Source of the DNA: the human T2T-CHM13v2.0 reference genome, Homo sapiens
DNA length: 64,000 bases
Strand: one strand, 5' to 3'
NCBI RefSeq assembly: GCF_009914755.1
Contig: NC_060936.1
A program made the translations under genes and the position numbers. The notes beneath the pieces are model-generated. The model saw only the letters and a list, made by a program, of their open reading frames with translations, was not told where the DNA came from and ran no database searches. Below, piece after piece: positions 28,546 through 43,547 of this stretch (the stretch's first letter is position 1; each line of letters begins with the position of its first letter).

Positions 28546-28632
28546 TTTCTGGACCCACGGGACGGGCAGGAGCTGGAGCTCCGTGCCGCCTGTACTCCCG
28601 CCTTCATTTCCCATCGTGCTGAGGCGGGTGGC

Positions 28633-28662
28633 ATGGCGGAGAAGGATGACACCGGAGTTTGA
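28633..28662 (+). other. Upstream ORF overlapping the VEZT start (MAEKDDTGV*)
   Basis: GGC ATG GCG GAG AAG GAT GAC ACC GGA GTT TGA starts 13 nt before the main ATG, out of frame. Inclusion in the mRNA is inferred. Confidence 0.7.
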
Positions 28663-28681
28663 CGAAGAGGTGGTTTTTGAG
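28646..28681 (+). CDS. VEZT: VEZT (vezatin) coding exon 1, MTPEFDEEVVFE
   Basis: ATGACACCGGAGTTTGACGAAGAGGTGGTTTTTGAG|GTAAGA: 36 nt, phase 0, matches the vezatin N-terminus. Confidence 0.94.
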
Positions 28682-28689
28682 GTAAGAGG

Positions 28690-28699
28690 AAAATGGCGG
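28690..28699 (+). promoter_or_regulatory. YY1-like motif AAAATGGCGG just inside VEZT intron 1
   Basis: Matches the AANATGGCG core; position downstream of the TSS is typical for YY1. Confidence 0.5.
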
Positions 28700-30970
28700 T
28701 GGGTGTGGATTGCCTTTGTTTGAGAAGGACGAGACGGAAATCGAGGAAGCAAGGCGTTCCCGGGGCGAGGGATCGGGTGACGCGCTCCAGCTGGCCTCGA
28801 CCACCGAACCCCAGCGATTTCAGGGCCTAGAGTCCGTCGTCGCCTGACAGGTGTAGCCAGAGGCGCCCTGGCCGTGGCCGGCCTCTATCTCGGGCCCGCC
28901 CAGAATTCCCAGACGGTGCCCGGTTGCCAGGCTCTGGGCTGGAGCGGTGTCTCTTCCTTCCTGGGAATGGATGTGCGGCGGGGGGGACTGCGCCCGGCTG
29001 GGGCGGGGCCGAATCGTGCCTTTTAGATAGTCACAACTTAGCCTCCTCCTTTTCCATCCGCGATTTTTTTGGGTCAGTATCCAGAGTGCTTCAGGTCACT
29101 GTTCACCGTCAAGGCGTGGCCCTCGGAATGAAGGCAGCAGGTGCCCGTTTTCTAACACGGTTTAAAGTCTATTTGTGGGACCTACTGTGGGTAGTTAGGG
29201 CCAGGGCATCTCAGCATCTAGATTCGATTCTTTTGTCCTTTGCTGTTGCGCTAGGTGTAGCCAGTTCTTCTGACTCGGGGCTCTAGATGTGAGTGCTTTT
29301 GTGTGGGACTATTTTAAGACGTTCTCTGCCATCTTGAATGAAAAAAATCGGGCGAGTGTTTTTGATGCCATTTTTTTCCATCAGACACAGGTCAAAACTC
29401 GCACCCCTGTACGTATGTGTATTGCATGTATACGCTTTACTTTCATTTATCCAACTAGATTTTAAGAAAATTTAAAAATGAAGTGGCCCATGCCATACAG
29501 CGAGAGAGCGAGGCACAGACAGGACAGAATGCTAAATGTTGAAATATGTACAAACTGTCATTGAAGGATTAATTTCTGTTCTTGCGGCCTCCCAGAGGCT
29601 ACACCCAGTACGCGATATCCGAGGTGAATCTTTAACTATGAATTGGATTAGAAAAACCGGCAGGAGAAAATGTATTACAGGGAAAGAGAACTGATTATGC
29701 CAAGCTTGGGAAGTGTGAAAGTACCTGGTGTGCATTTTTAGGGGGCGGGGTGTGGAGGGTGGCTATGTAAAGTGGCTTGATGTGGCTGCAATGAAGAAGC
29801 AGTGGAAAATGTGGCCATTTTACCGAAGTGAAGAGTCTAGATATGAGGCGTTCATTAGGGAAGACAAGGGCCTGAGATGAAATGAGAGACGTAATGGAAT
29901 AATGGCTTGGACAGACACTTGTAAGTTAAAATCGAGGCAATGTTTATAGATTGAATGTGGTAGCTGAAGGAGAGAGAAATATTTTCTAGAGTAAGGGTAA
30001 CTGATGGGTGTATTTTTTTTACCCATTATTTTTGATTTCTGAATATAATAGTAATATATGCTCAAGGAACATTTTATTGTAGAAAATAAGCCCCCAAGTT
30101 AAAATCATCCATTATCCCACCACCCAAAGATGGTAACTATTAACAGTACGGTATGTGTTCTTATAGACTTTATTTCTATGTAAATGTGTGTTTATGTGTG
30201 TGTAATTTTTTAGCCTCTATATTAAGACACAATGTGTGTGTGATATTTTTTAAAACAAAAGGTATACCACGTAGAATTTTGTATATATTTTTCACTTGAC
30301 TTTATCGTGAATCTTTTCCCATTCATCATTCTCTGAAAACATTAATATTATAATATCCCCTCACGTGTATCATAATATAACCTTTTTTTAAAAAAATACC
30401 ATTGTAATCAACAGTGATATAAGCCTATTTTTAACTACAACTCTGATTTTCCTCAGAATAATTTTTAGAAGTAGAACTAGTGGGTGAAAGAATATGAACA
30501 TTTAAGACTTACGCAGAAAGGTTATACCAATTCCGGTTTCCATTAAGAATAAGAGAGTATTGGTTTCACCAAATCCTCAACAACAGCCTTAACAGTTTCC
30601 TTTAATCTTTGCTAATTTGATAGGCAAAAATAACATTCCATTGTTTTAATTTACATTTTATGCATTTATACATTTATTAGCTATTTTTATTTCTTTGAAC
30701 ATTTCTCTTCATATTTGTTGCTCATTTTCTTATTAGATGCTAGCTTTAAAAAAATTGACTTGCGTGAGTTCTTCATATATTACTAAGCCTTTGTCATACT
30801 TGCAGAAAAATTTCCAGTTTGCTGTTTGTTTGCTCTTTGATATACACAATTTTTATTGCAGTATAATTTACATAAGGACAGGGCACAGATCACAAGTGTG
30901 TGGATGGTTATATTTTCACATGTTGAGCACACCCATGTAACCAGCACCCAGATCAAGAAACGGGACAGAT

Positions 30971-31277
30971 GGGGCATGGTGGCTCACACCTGTAATCTCA
31001 GCACTTTGGGAGGCTGAGGCAGATGGATCCCTTGAACCCAGGAGTTTGAGATTAGCCTGGACAACATGGTGAAACCCTATCTCTACAAAAAAGACAAAAA
31101 TTATTTGGGCGTGGTGGCACATGCCTATAGTCCCAGCTACTCGGGAGGCTGAGGTGGGAGAATCACTTGAGCCTGGGTAGGTCAAGGCTGCAGTGAGCCA
31201 TGATCGCACCGCTGTACTCCAGCCTGGATGACAGAGCCAGACTCTGCACCAAAAAAATAAAAAATGAAAAAAGAAAC
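30971..31277 (+). mobile_element. AluJ-like within L1M
   Basis: Alu consensus. Confidence 0.9.
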
Positions 31278-32037
31278 AACATCACCAGCACACCAGAAGC
31301 TCCCTCCTGGTCCTTTCCATCACTACTCCCTACCCCAAAATGATCACTATTTAAACATAATAACCTAGATTAATTTTGTCTATTTTTATTGTTTAGACAC
31401 TGTGCATTTCCATTTATATACTCTCTTATTTCTGACTTTTTTTTTTCCTCTCTGGCTTTATTTGTGAGATTCGTCCATATTGTTAACATGAGAATTTTTA
31501 TTTTGGCATAGTATTCCATGTGAATATATGATCATTTTTAAATTCATTCTTCTATTAATGGTCATTGAGTAGTTCCCAGGTTTAAACTAGTGCTACTGTG
31601 AACCTTTTTGTATGTGTTTGGTTAAACATATTTCTGGTGGATATATATGTAGGAATGGAATTGCTGGGTCATAGCAAATACCTAGATATTTCTGTAGATA
31701 TTGCCAAACTTTATTCCAAAGTGGTTGTACCAGTTTATTCTCCAGCCAGGAATGTATGAGAGGTCCCATTGCCCCACATCCTCATCAACCCTTGCTAATT
31801 TTAGTGTTTTTCTTTTTATGATTCTAGGGGCTATGTCCTGGTATCTCCTTGTGGTTTTAATTTGTATTTTCTTGATAAAGATGTTAAGATTTTTAATGTG
31901 TTTATTAGCCAATTGTATATCCATTTTGTGAAGCCACGTCAAATTTCTTGCATATTTTTCTATTGGGTTGTTTCTTTTTCTTGCTGATTTGAAGGAATTA
32001 TTTACATACACTGGATACAAGTCCTTTGTTAGAGATG

Positions 32038-32888
32038 CAGTTGGCCCTCCTTAGCTGAGAGTTCCACATCTGCAGATTGGACCAACCGTGGCTCACGCCT
32101 ATAATCCTAGCACTTTGGAAAGCTAAGCCAGGCAGATCACTTGAGGCTAGGAGTTTGAGACCAGCCTGGCCAACATGGCGAAACCCAGTCTCTACTAAAA
32201 AATACAAAAACTAGCTGGGCATGGTGGCATGCACCTGTAGTCCCAGCTACTCCAGAGGCTGAGGCATGAGAATCGCTTGAACCCAGGAGGCGGAGGTTGC
32301 TCTGGGTGACAGAGTAAGATTCCATCTCAAAAAAAAAAAATAAAGGAAATACTCTGGCCCAGTGAGGTGGCTCATGCCTGTAATCCCAGCACTTTGGGAG
32401 GCTAAGGTAGGAATATTGCTTGAAGCCAGGAGTTTAAGACCAGCCTGGTCAACATTAACAAAACCCTGCATATTAAAAAAAAAAAAGAAAAAAATTAACC
32501 AGGTGTGGTGATGCATGTCTGTAATGCCAGCTACTCCACAGCCTGAGGCAGAAGATTGCTTGAGCCCAGGAATTTGAGGCTGCAGTGAGCTACAATTCCA
32601 GCCTGGGTGACAGAGTGAGACCATATCTCTAAATAAATAAATAAATACTCAAAAATATTCAAAAAATAATACAAATAAAAAAACTATACAGGATAACAAC
32701 TATTTACATAGTGTTCACATTGTATTAGGTATTACAAATAATCTAGAGATGATTTAAAATATGTGGGAGACTGTGTGTATGTTATATGCAAATACTATGC
32801 CATTTTATATAAGGGACTTGAGCATCCATGGACTGGGTATTTGCCCTAGTCCTGTGACCAATTCCCCATGAATAAAGAGACAACTGTA
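32038..32888 (-). mobile_element. MER2-family DNA transposon interrupted by two tandem plus-strand Alus (about 32087-32343 and 32355-32646)
   Basis: CCATTTTATATAAGGGACTTGAGCATCCATGGA is the reverse complement of the MER2 core; CAGTTG/CAACTG termini. Confidence 0.75.
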
Positions 32889-33824
32889 TATACCTCATAT
32901 ATCTTACCTTGGGCTATATGTGGCCTCTGCACTCTTTTAATCGTGTCTTTCAATGAACAGAAGCTCCTTATTATAATCCAATTAAACCTTATTCTTTTGT
33001 GATTAGTGCTGTTAAAAAAATATTTGCCTACTCTAAGGTCACAAAGATATTTTCTTTAAAAGCTTTATTTGACATTTTCCCATTTAGATCTGTCATCCAT
33101 CTGGTACTGATTTTTGTATGGTAACAAGTGAAGATCAACATTTTTTTTTCCCCGTATGGATGTCCAGTTGACCTGGCACCATTTACTGAACAGATCATTT
33201 TTTCCCCACTGAACTGTAGTGTTGCCTTTGTCATAAATCAGGGAATCTTTTATGTGTAGATCTCTTTCTGGACACTGTCTTCTTTGCCATTGATCATTTT
33301 GTCTATTCGTGTGTTAATACCACATTATTTTAATTACTATAATTTAAAAAATAGGTTTTAATATCTGATAGCATAAGACCCTTCAGCTGTATTTTTCTTC
33401 AGGATTGCCTTTGGCTATTCTTGGCCCATTATATTTCCATATAAATTTTAGAATCAGCCTGTCAGTTTTTGTAAAAAAATAAAAAATAAAAATAAAAAAA
33501 CCCTACTGAGACTTTGATTGAAATTGCTTTGAAGCTATAAATTAATCTGGGGAAACTTAACATCTTTACAATCAATATTGAATCTTCCAATCCGTGAACA
33601 TTTATTGCTTGCCTTCTAAATGAATCAGGCAACTTCTCATCTCGTTCTGTGCTCTAGGACTGATTTTACAAAATGAGAATTATCTGTTTCTTCAGAGTAT
33701 AGCTAAATTGGCCTTTCCTGGGGAAAAGAGACTGAATGTTGTCTATCAGCTCAATTTCTTTTATGGTTATTGCTCAGGTACAATTTTCTATTTTGATAAC
33801 TTTTTTATTCTGAAAGGCAGTGTA

Positions 33825-34075
33825 ATATAGTTAAAGATATGGGCTCTGGAGCTGGATAACCTAAGAAATCCTAGGTCAGCTATTTATTAGTTATATTAGT
33901 TAATGTGACTTTGAGCAGGTTACTTAACTTGTCTAAGCTTCAGTTTTCTCCATATTAAATAAAAATAACAGTAACTATCTCGTAAGGTAGTTATGAGTAC
34001 TAAATGATTTAATATAAGTGAATTACTTAGATGAGTACCTGACACATTGTAAACACTCAGTAAATGTTACCTTTT
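33825..34075 (+). mobile_element. MIR
   Basis: Core TGTGACTTTGAGCAGGTTACTTAACTTGTCTAAGCTTCAGTTTTCTC. Confidence 0.75.
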
Positions 34076-34210
34076 ATTAAATTTTTCCAACAAATTGCTT
34101 TTTATCTAGGTTTTCAAAATTATTGATATATTCTTAGTAGTCTCTTTAGTTTCATTTATAGCACAAATTAGATCTGATTGTTGTTATGTTTTTCTTTTTG
34201 TTTTGCATAG

Positions 34211-34567
<357 letters not shown>

Positions 34568-35113
34568 TAGTTGGTTTTGTTTGGTCAGTTCTATTGAATT
34601 TGTTTGTGGTTTTAAATTTTTTTAAAATTTCTACTTTTATCTATTTCCATTCATCTATTTGTGTTTATTTTGCTATTTTTGTTCTGTTTTTTTTAGCTTC
34701 TTGAGTTAAAAACCTAAATGCCCAAAATAACTTGTAAGGCTATAAATTTCCCTGAGTATTGCTTCAGTTGTATCACGAAAGTTTTGAAATGTAGTTTGTC
34801 TCATGGTTGTATAAGTTCCATTTTTATTTCTTATTTAATACCCAAGTATATAGTTGAGGGATTGATGTTATCATTGGTGATTATTTTTCTCCCTGTGTCC
34901 CTCAGACCCATAATTCCACCCTGATCATTATGGACTGCATCACTGCATTCCCTTGTCCTCTGGGTTCCATTTAGGTTCGGCCAGTGGGAAGGACCTGCAG
35001 ATCAGAGGATGGAGGAAAGAGCGCCAGAGAGGTTTGGGTGTTTCTTGTCTGAATTCTTTCCCTCTACGGCTACTATTTGTTAGTGATTGCATTCCTGTAC
35101 CTAAAGCCACAAC

Positions 35114-35275
35114 TTTTTTTTTTTTTTTGACAGGGTCTTGCACTGTTGCCTAGGCTGGAATGCAGTGTTAACCATCATAACTCACTGCAGCCTCCAACTC
35201 CTGGCTCAGGTGATCCTACCACTTCAGCCTCTCAAGTAGCTGGGACTACAGGCAGGTGCCACCATGTCCAGCTAA
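35114..35275 (-). mobile_element. Alu right-arm fragment (FRAM/AluJ-like)
   Basis: Right monomer only. Confidence 0.8.
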
Positions 35276-35577
35276 CCTGTAACTCTTATCACGGGATTCT
35301 TCTTGGGAAAGGCTAGGAGCAGCCATCTTATTTCCTGTGTTTGGGCTTTACCACCTATGAGACCTGTAACCCCCTCTACCCCTATTACCACTTTCATTCA
35401 ACTTAGATCTCAGGCCACTGACTGAGAAAGGCCTTCTTTTGAAGAGCTGAAAGCTTGTAAGGCATGTTTTCTTGCCATCTACCACTTGATTACTCAGCCA
35501 GTGGAACATATTTCAGGTTCTGCTGAGTCAGCCCTACTTCTAGATACTAAGTACTGTGTCACCCATACATCCTAATG

Positions 35578-35914
35578 CACAGTGACTGGTTTTTGGCACC
35601 AGGGACTTGTTTCGTGGAAGACAGTTTTTCCAGATGGAGGATGGTTTCAGGATGAAACTGTTCCACCTGAGATCATCAGGCATTAGTTAGATTCTCATAA
35701 GGAGCTCACAACCTAGATCTCTCACATGCACATTTCACAATAGGGTTCCTGCTCCTATGAGAATCTAATGCTGCCACTGATCTGACAGGAGGCGGAGCTC
35801 TGATAGTAACGCTTGCTCACCCACTGGCCCACCATCCTGCTGGCCTCGGGCTGTATTCCTAACAGGCCATGGACCGGTACCAGTGCTGTGCAGGCCTGGG
35901 GGTTGAGGACCCCT
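35578..35914 (-). mobile_element. MER1B (hAT-Charlie) DNA transposon
   Basis: GATGAAACTGTTCCACCTGAGATCATCAGGCATTAGTTAGATTCTCATAAGGAG...GGGGGTTGAGGACCCCTG. Confidence 0.85.
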
Positions 35915-36100
35915 GTTAATGCAGTAAACAGGAACCTGTCTATGTGCCATAAGCAGAAAGGAATTTAACATAGGGAATTAATGGTTAGATTATCATCGGA
36001 AGGCCTACAGGATCAAGCTCTATCAAAGTTGCTATATGCTCATGAAGACAAGAGCACGTGATCATGATCATAGTTACAATCCAGGAATTAGAAGCCATCA

Positions 36101-36549
<449 letters not shown>

Positions 36550-36634
36550 TCATAGCAAAAAAAAAAAAAAAAAAAAAAAGAGAGAAGGATGGAGGGAAGA
36601 GAAGGAATGAGAGAACAGACAAATGAAAGAACAA

Positions 36635-36900
36635 GGCCAGCAGTGGGGGGATCACTTGAGGCCAGCAGTTTGAGACCAGCTTGGGCAATATAGAGAGACC
36701 TTGTTTCTACAAAAAATTATTTTAAAGAATTAGCTGGGCATGGTGGCATGCATCTCTAGCCCTAGCTACTCAGGAGGCTGACGCAGGAGGATTGCTTAAA
36801 CCCAGGAGTTCAAGGCTGTGATGAGCTTTGATGAGGCCACTGCACTCTGCCTTGGTGACAGATTGAGACTTTGCCTTTATTTAAAAAAAAAAAAAAAAAA
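36635..36900 (+). mobile_element. AluJ-like with a left-arm deletion
   Basis: Alu consensus. Confidence 0.85.
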
Positions 36901-37959
36901 GAACAGTTGAAACAAAAGCCAAAGAAGCAAAAAGTGGACTTCTGCTCTTCTTCCACCTTCCAAATCTCTTACACCATACACCTACTTGGGGAAACCCTGA
37001 TTTATATCTAGAATCCTAGCTGCAAGATAATTTGGGAAATTTCAGATGTAGCTTTCCTGCCTCTGTAACACAAGAGATACATTGGAAGAAGGATTATAGA
37101 ATAGAGATTGAACAAGCCAAGCCAATTTACCATATCTATCTTAGGGCTGAACCTCTCTTCCCCTAAGAAAATTTAACTGTGATTTTTTTTTTTTTTGGTA
37201 TATTTGTTGTAATACTGTTATTTTAATGATCTTCAGATAGAAATCAGAGTCATTCATGTATTGAGACTTACCTAGAGAATTACATGCTGCATGAAAGTTA
37301 AAAACTTAAATCATGCAGAGTTTTGGATAATATTCCAACAACATCCCTTCCCTTAAAACAAACTCTTTGAGGTATCTTGTTTTAATTTCTGTTTCTTGGA
37401 TTATTTGTAAATTTTACTGTACTATATTTTGGGTCATTTGTATTTCTCCTTCCAGTGATCACTTTGAGTCCTCTTAGTCTGAGAGGACTAGATGTGCACT
37501 GAAAGATGATAATATAAGAGAAGGACTAAGGGAGGAAAGAAAGAGTGAAGTGCCCAGGCCCAATTCCCATTTCTTGCCCTAGAATCTGATTACCCATTTT
37601 ATCAGAGCTAGATTCCGTATGTACTTTCAATGTTAATTCCATTATATTGGAGCCTGACTCCTCCTCCTATAAGATCATTTGTTTTAATTAGAATCTTCTA
37701 CCATCATTCTACTCTAAGAGGCTGAATTGAGAAGGACAGTATAACCTCAGTCTTGGACCTCTCAGGCTAAACAGCAACAGAACAAAGTTTAGAAAATGAT
37801 GGATACTATGTCTAATGTGAATATTAACAAAATAAGCATGAAATACCAAGATTGTTGTTTTACTCTGTTATCGTCATCATTAATTACAGTGTTTTGAGAG
37901 TAAGAATTCTCCAATTACTTTAGAAAGGTATTAAAGTTCTGATGTTGCTTTCTTAACTG

Positions 37960-38542
<583 letters not shown>

Positions 38543-39505
38543 TAAATTTTAATTGCAGAAACTTCAGGTCATCTGTCTTAAACCTTGCTATTCCTAGAGG
38601 GAAGAGTGCCTGGAAATAAGACTTTTTAAATCTGAAAGACTAATTTTTCTGCCTCTTTGCATCATTTGAAGTTCATTTAAACCATTCCTTTGTAACTTTC
38701 TTCTAGTAGGGACAATGTTGTATTAAAGGGATCTTTTACTCAAATCTCTTGCCTTGGTAACCTTATCCTCTGTAGGTGAACTCGTTACTGTTTTTGGTGT
38801 TTGTTTAAATTCCTTCTTCCTCTTTTCTTTTCTTCCTGGCTGAGAAAGATAATTTTTGCCCATTTTGTCATGATTTCTTTTTCTCCTACTTCTTTCATAC
38901 TTCTGTGTAAGTTATTAAATGTTAACCCTTCGTTGGCAGTATGTTCAGCTTTCGCCCTTTTCTCCCATAGCATTTAATCAGTTAAATGAAAGGAAATGAC
39001 TCTCACAAAACCTTTCACATTTAAAAGGAAGTTTTAAAAAATTTCTCTCTTCCTCGAGAGATTCCCTTTTCTTTGTATTTTTAAAAGTTATTATGCATCT
39101 CTGAGGAACATGAAGGTACTTTTTCCCTAAGTAATAATTGTAGATTCTTTCTTACTTGTATTATTGATTTGACCAATGGAAGAATATTGTTTTTGTCTGT
39201 GAACATATACATGGACAGTATTTGCTATTTTGATAATGGAGCTTCCTGTCTAGAATAATTATACATATAAAATTTAAGGTATTATTATATCATTTAATTT
39301 TTTTTAATATATCCTGAGTTTCAGTTTGTCAAACATAAAGCCCTAAATTGTATTATTTAAAATAATCTTGTTCCAAGTAGTAGCTGAGATTAGAAGTATA
39401 GCAAAATTCATGCTATCACTATCTATAATAGGAATAATATTTATTAATAGTGCTATTAAATCACAACTCTATTGACATCAAAGATTGACCATTAAGACCA
39501 AGTCT

Positions 39506-39807
39506 AGCCAGATATGGTAGTTCACACCTGTAATCCCAACAATTTAGGAGGCTGCGGTTAGAAGATCACATGAACTCAGGAGTTCAAAACCAGCCTGGGC
39601 AACATAGTGAGACCCTGTCTCTACAGAAAATGTAAAAATTGGCCAGTGTGGTGGCATGTACCTGCAGTGCAACCTGCTTCGGGGCTGAGGTGGGAGGATT
39701 GCTTGAGCCCAGGAGGTTGAGGCTGCAGTGAGCTGTGATTTCAGCACTGCACTCCAGCCTGGGCATTGAAATAAGACCCTTTCTCAAAACAAAAACAAAA
39801 ACAAAAC
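39506..39807 (+). mobile_element. AluJ-like
   Basis: Alu consensus. Confidence 0.88.
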
Positions 39808-40548
39808 ACCAACTCTGGTTTATAACCAAGATATGCAAGAAGAAATTCCATGTTTAATATGAATTATAAAAATTATTCTTGGGGAACAAGTCTGCTTTTT
39901 TTTCTGCTTATGTTGTGTCATTTCTTCTGTTTTGGCTTCTTCACAGATCCTTGGGGCTCCAGTTTAGATTAAAATTTTGTTTCTGTTTTATGTCTAAACA
40001 TTCAAGAAAAGTAGGTAGTTCTCTCTTTTATGTATTTTTTATTGCATTTATTAAAATGTAAGTCCATTTGTCTCAAGCTATGACACACACAGTGCCTACA
40101 TTATTTTTTTTAGTTACCTTGGTATTTTATGTGCAGCTATATTGAAGGTTTTCATTTTTTTAAAAGCATTGTGGAAAGAGGACCAGACGAGGAGTCAAGA
40201 GACTGACTGACATAAATTAGCAATGAAATTCTGAATAAATCACTTAATTTCTCTAGAGCTTGTTTCCCAGGATCATCCTTTATACCATATCATCCTTTGG
40301 TATGAAATTTTTCTTAAATCCATTCTAGGGGATCGGAAACTATCTAGTGGGTTGAGTAAATGAGAGTAGGCCCTTAGAGGCTTCCATTAATTAGGAAATA
40401 CAGGAAAAGAATCTATTCATTTCCAGTCTCTTTTTATATTAGAAATCCTGACTCAATTTTAGTTTTCCCTGGTTCTGTACCAGGTGTTCGCTGAGTTCCT
40501 AGAAGCAAATCATGCCTTAAGGATTTAGGAGAAAAGGCCCAAAGCTCA

Positions 40549-41001
<453 letters not shown>

Positions 41002-43547
41002 TCAGTGTGCCCATTACTTTTTATTTGAAACAATATATTTGAGGACATCATTTATTTTAAAATCTGCATTGTAATTTATGTAGTTGACAGAATATAGCCT
41101 CCTATCTCTTATTGTTGAGGTTTTTGCTGATTAAGCCACAACTTTTAATATTATCTCATTAAGATCTTTATTAAAATGGATTTTTTTTTCTTTTTTCTTT
41201 TTCTTTCTTTTTTTTTTTTGAGACAGTCTCACTCTGTCAACCCAGGCTGGAGTGCAAGTATTGCAATCATAGCTCACTGCAGCCTTGAACTCCTAGGCTC
41301 CAGCTATCCTCTCCTCTCACCTCATCCTGTGTGAGCCATTGTGTCCAGTTATCTCTCCTTTTTTTTTTTTTTTATTTATTTTGGGATAAGAAGCAAAGGA
41401 AATAAAGTTGGATGTTATCTCTTAATATCCAAACATTATATTAAAGTTTACTGCATGCTCTCCTCACATCCAACATTTTGCCAATTGTGTTTGATCTTCT
41501 GGCCTTTGTCTTAAAGCAGTTGAAAATGAAGTTTTGCTTCCTCTCCTTGCTTCTGCTCTGCATTCATTTAAGTGACCGATGTGTGCCAGTTAATTAGCTA
41601 GATTTCAAATAATATTTAAAGTAGCATCAGAACCAAGGGGATATCAATCTACCATTGCTGACTTCTCTCCATTTAGTTAAGACAATCCACTGCTGTCCTT
41701 GCTTTTTAGTCAATAGAGTATAAAAGCTGTGTAAGTCAGTTTTCTCCCATTGCATCTCTTAGTCTTCTGATGGGTATGTTTGATTTTTATTTAGATTTTG
41801 GACGTAGGTAGTATTGCACTTGAGTATCTTTGTACTGTTGTATAAAAAATCTTAAGGTTACTCTTTTTAAAAATGTTTGCTATTTATTACATCTCATATC
41901 AGAATCATTGGATAGGATTTCAGCGGAAAATATTAGAAGCCTGCAGCCAGACAAACTTCTTAATATATGTGTCTTACTTTTTCTTGGTTTATTTAAAAAC
42001 TTTTAAATAAACACTAATACTAAAAACATCCTTTGAAGGCGTTTTTAAAACTCCAGTATTCCTATTACCTTTGTCTGTAGTTGCTGAGTAATAACAGCAC
42101 TGAAGAAATAATGTTCAGATTTTTTTTCAGAGGGCTGCTTCTGATAGGAAAATGCTTAGTAATGACAGAGGCACGCCCTCCAATTCAGTGGCCATTTTGT
42201 ACTGTGGTTCTTCTGGAGAAACAAGTGGGAATCATCAAAGAAAGAAATGTATGGATAAAAAAGAATATGGACAAGAGGCAGTAAATTTTTCATTTAGGTC
42301 AACTGGAGAAATTAGAACCATGCTATCTGTGAGTAGTTTAATTAGTTGGACCAATTTTAATGGACCCTTTTAGCTTAATCTCTTTAAATTCTATGATTAG
42401 ATTTTACTTTGCTGATTAATTAATTAATGCTTGAATTTGGGGCTTTGGTATATTAATTTAGATATTATGTTGAAATGTGTAAGCTCCGAAAAGCATTTCC
42501 TATTATTTTATATCTTTAATATCCTATGATATTATCTAAGGTTTAAGGGAGATAAAGGCACGAAGTAGTTAATTTCAGATTATATTTTGTGATTGCGTAC
42601 TGAATTAAAGATAAGTGAAAAGGCTATATAGAAATTTACTACATTGGCAATACAATTATGGGGAAATTTATTTTCCATGATGGGGTTTTGTTAATTTTGA
42701 CAGAGATTTAGCCTTTTAAGTAGATTCCTCATTAAAAATTGAGAAAAATCACTGCCTTTTATAATTTGTTAATAGTCTTACTCATCACTTTATTTTGTGA
42801 TACTCTGCAGCTAGCCTGGAAAAACATGGAAATCATAGCAATTAACAACAGGAGTTTAATCCTTTTTAGTGGTATTTTCCAAAAACAATATATTGTTGTT
42901 CTATATGTGATAGTCACATTTAGACCTATAGCTTTAAGCTATATTCAAAGATAAAAGTTTTTTTTAAATGCTTTAAAATAACACATAATTTTCAGGCAGA
43001 TATTTTCCCATCAAATCCCTTTAGTTGCAGATACCTTTTCCCTAGAGATTTTATTTTGAATTAAAGATCTTTTAGAGGTTCTGTTGGCATGGTAGAAACT
43101 TTAAAAAATATGTAATTTACATGGTAGTATGTAGAGAACACTTTTTTTCCAGAGAAATTACAAGTTGGTACAAACTTGAGGAAAAGTTACGTATAACTTG
43201 GTGAATTCTGTAACTTGGGAATGGAAATCAAAGGCTTTTTGATCCTTTGAACCAGAATAAGCACAGATTCATATAGGTGGGAAGTCTGTGTTAACAAAAT
43301 TACTTCTCAAACATTACACAGTTTCGGGCTTTTGTGCCAATGCTTTGTGCCTCATACTCTCTTCTCTGTTAGTAGCTAGTGTGCCTGTGTTTTCTTGTTG
43401 CTTTTTGTGTTTAATATGGACTGCATGGCCCAAATGACATCTGACATCTGACAATAGTTAGCATTTTGCCAAACCTGATAGTGTGGTTTAGATATCATAC
43501 TGACATTTTAAATAAAGGAATGTATAATAGTTGAAGTAGAGCATTAG

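Larger units (their letters stand above)
27700..29130. promoter_or_regulatory. CpG island / bidirectional promoter of FGD6 and VEZT
   Basis: Abrupt GC- and CpG-rich block in an otherwise AT-rich, CpG-poor window. The two divergent start codons (28035 and 28646) are about 610 bp apart. Confidence 0.92.
30835..33605 (-). mobile_element. Old L1M fragments (ORF2 3' end and 3' UTR) interrupted by Alus and MER2
   Basis: Track ORFs 31682..32020 and 33028..33234 resemble degraded L1 ORF2 C-terminal sequence (NNPIEK, DIQLANKH, WYNHFG). Confidence 0.75.

Noticed and set aside
27452-29286. Numerous ORFs across the CpG island
   Set aside because: Expected from high GC content; only the two short first coding exons have splice and protein support.
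31682-32020. 112-aa ORF with protein-like composition
   Set aside because: Degraded L1 ORF2 remnant, not a cellular gene.
42121-42230. Possible cryptic VEZT exon after TTTTTTTCAG
   Set aside because: The donor (CAA|GTGGGA) is weak and nothing else supports it.
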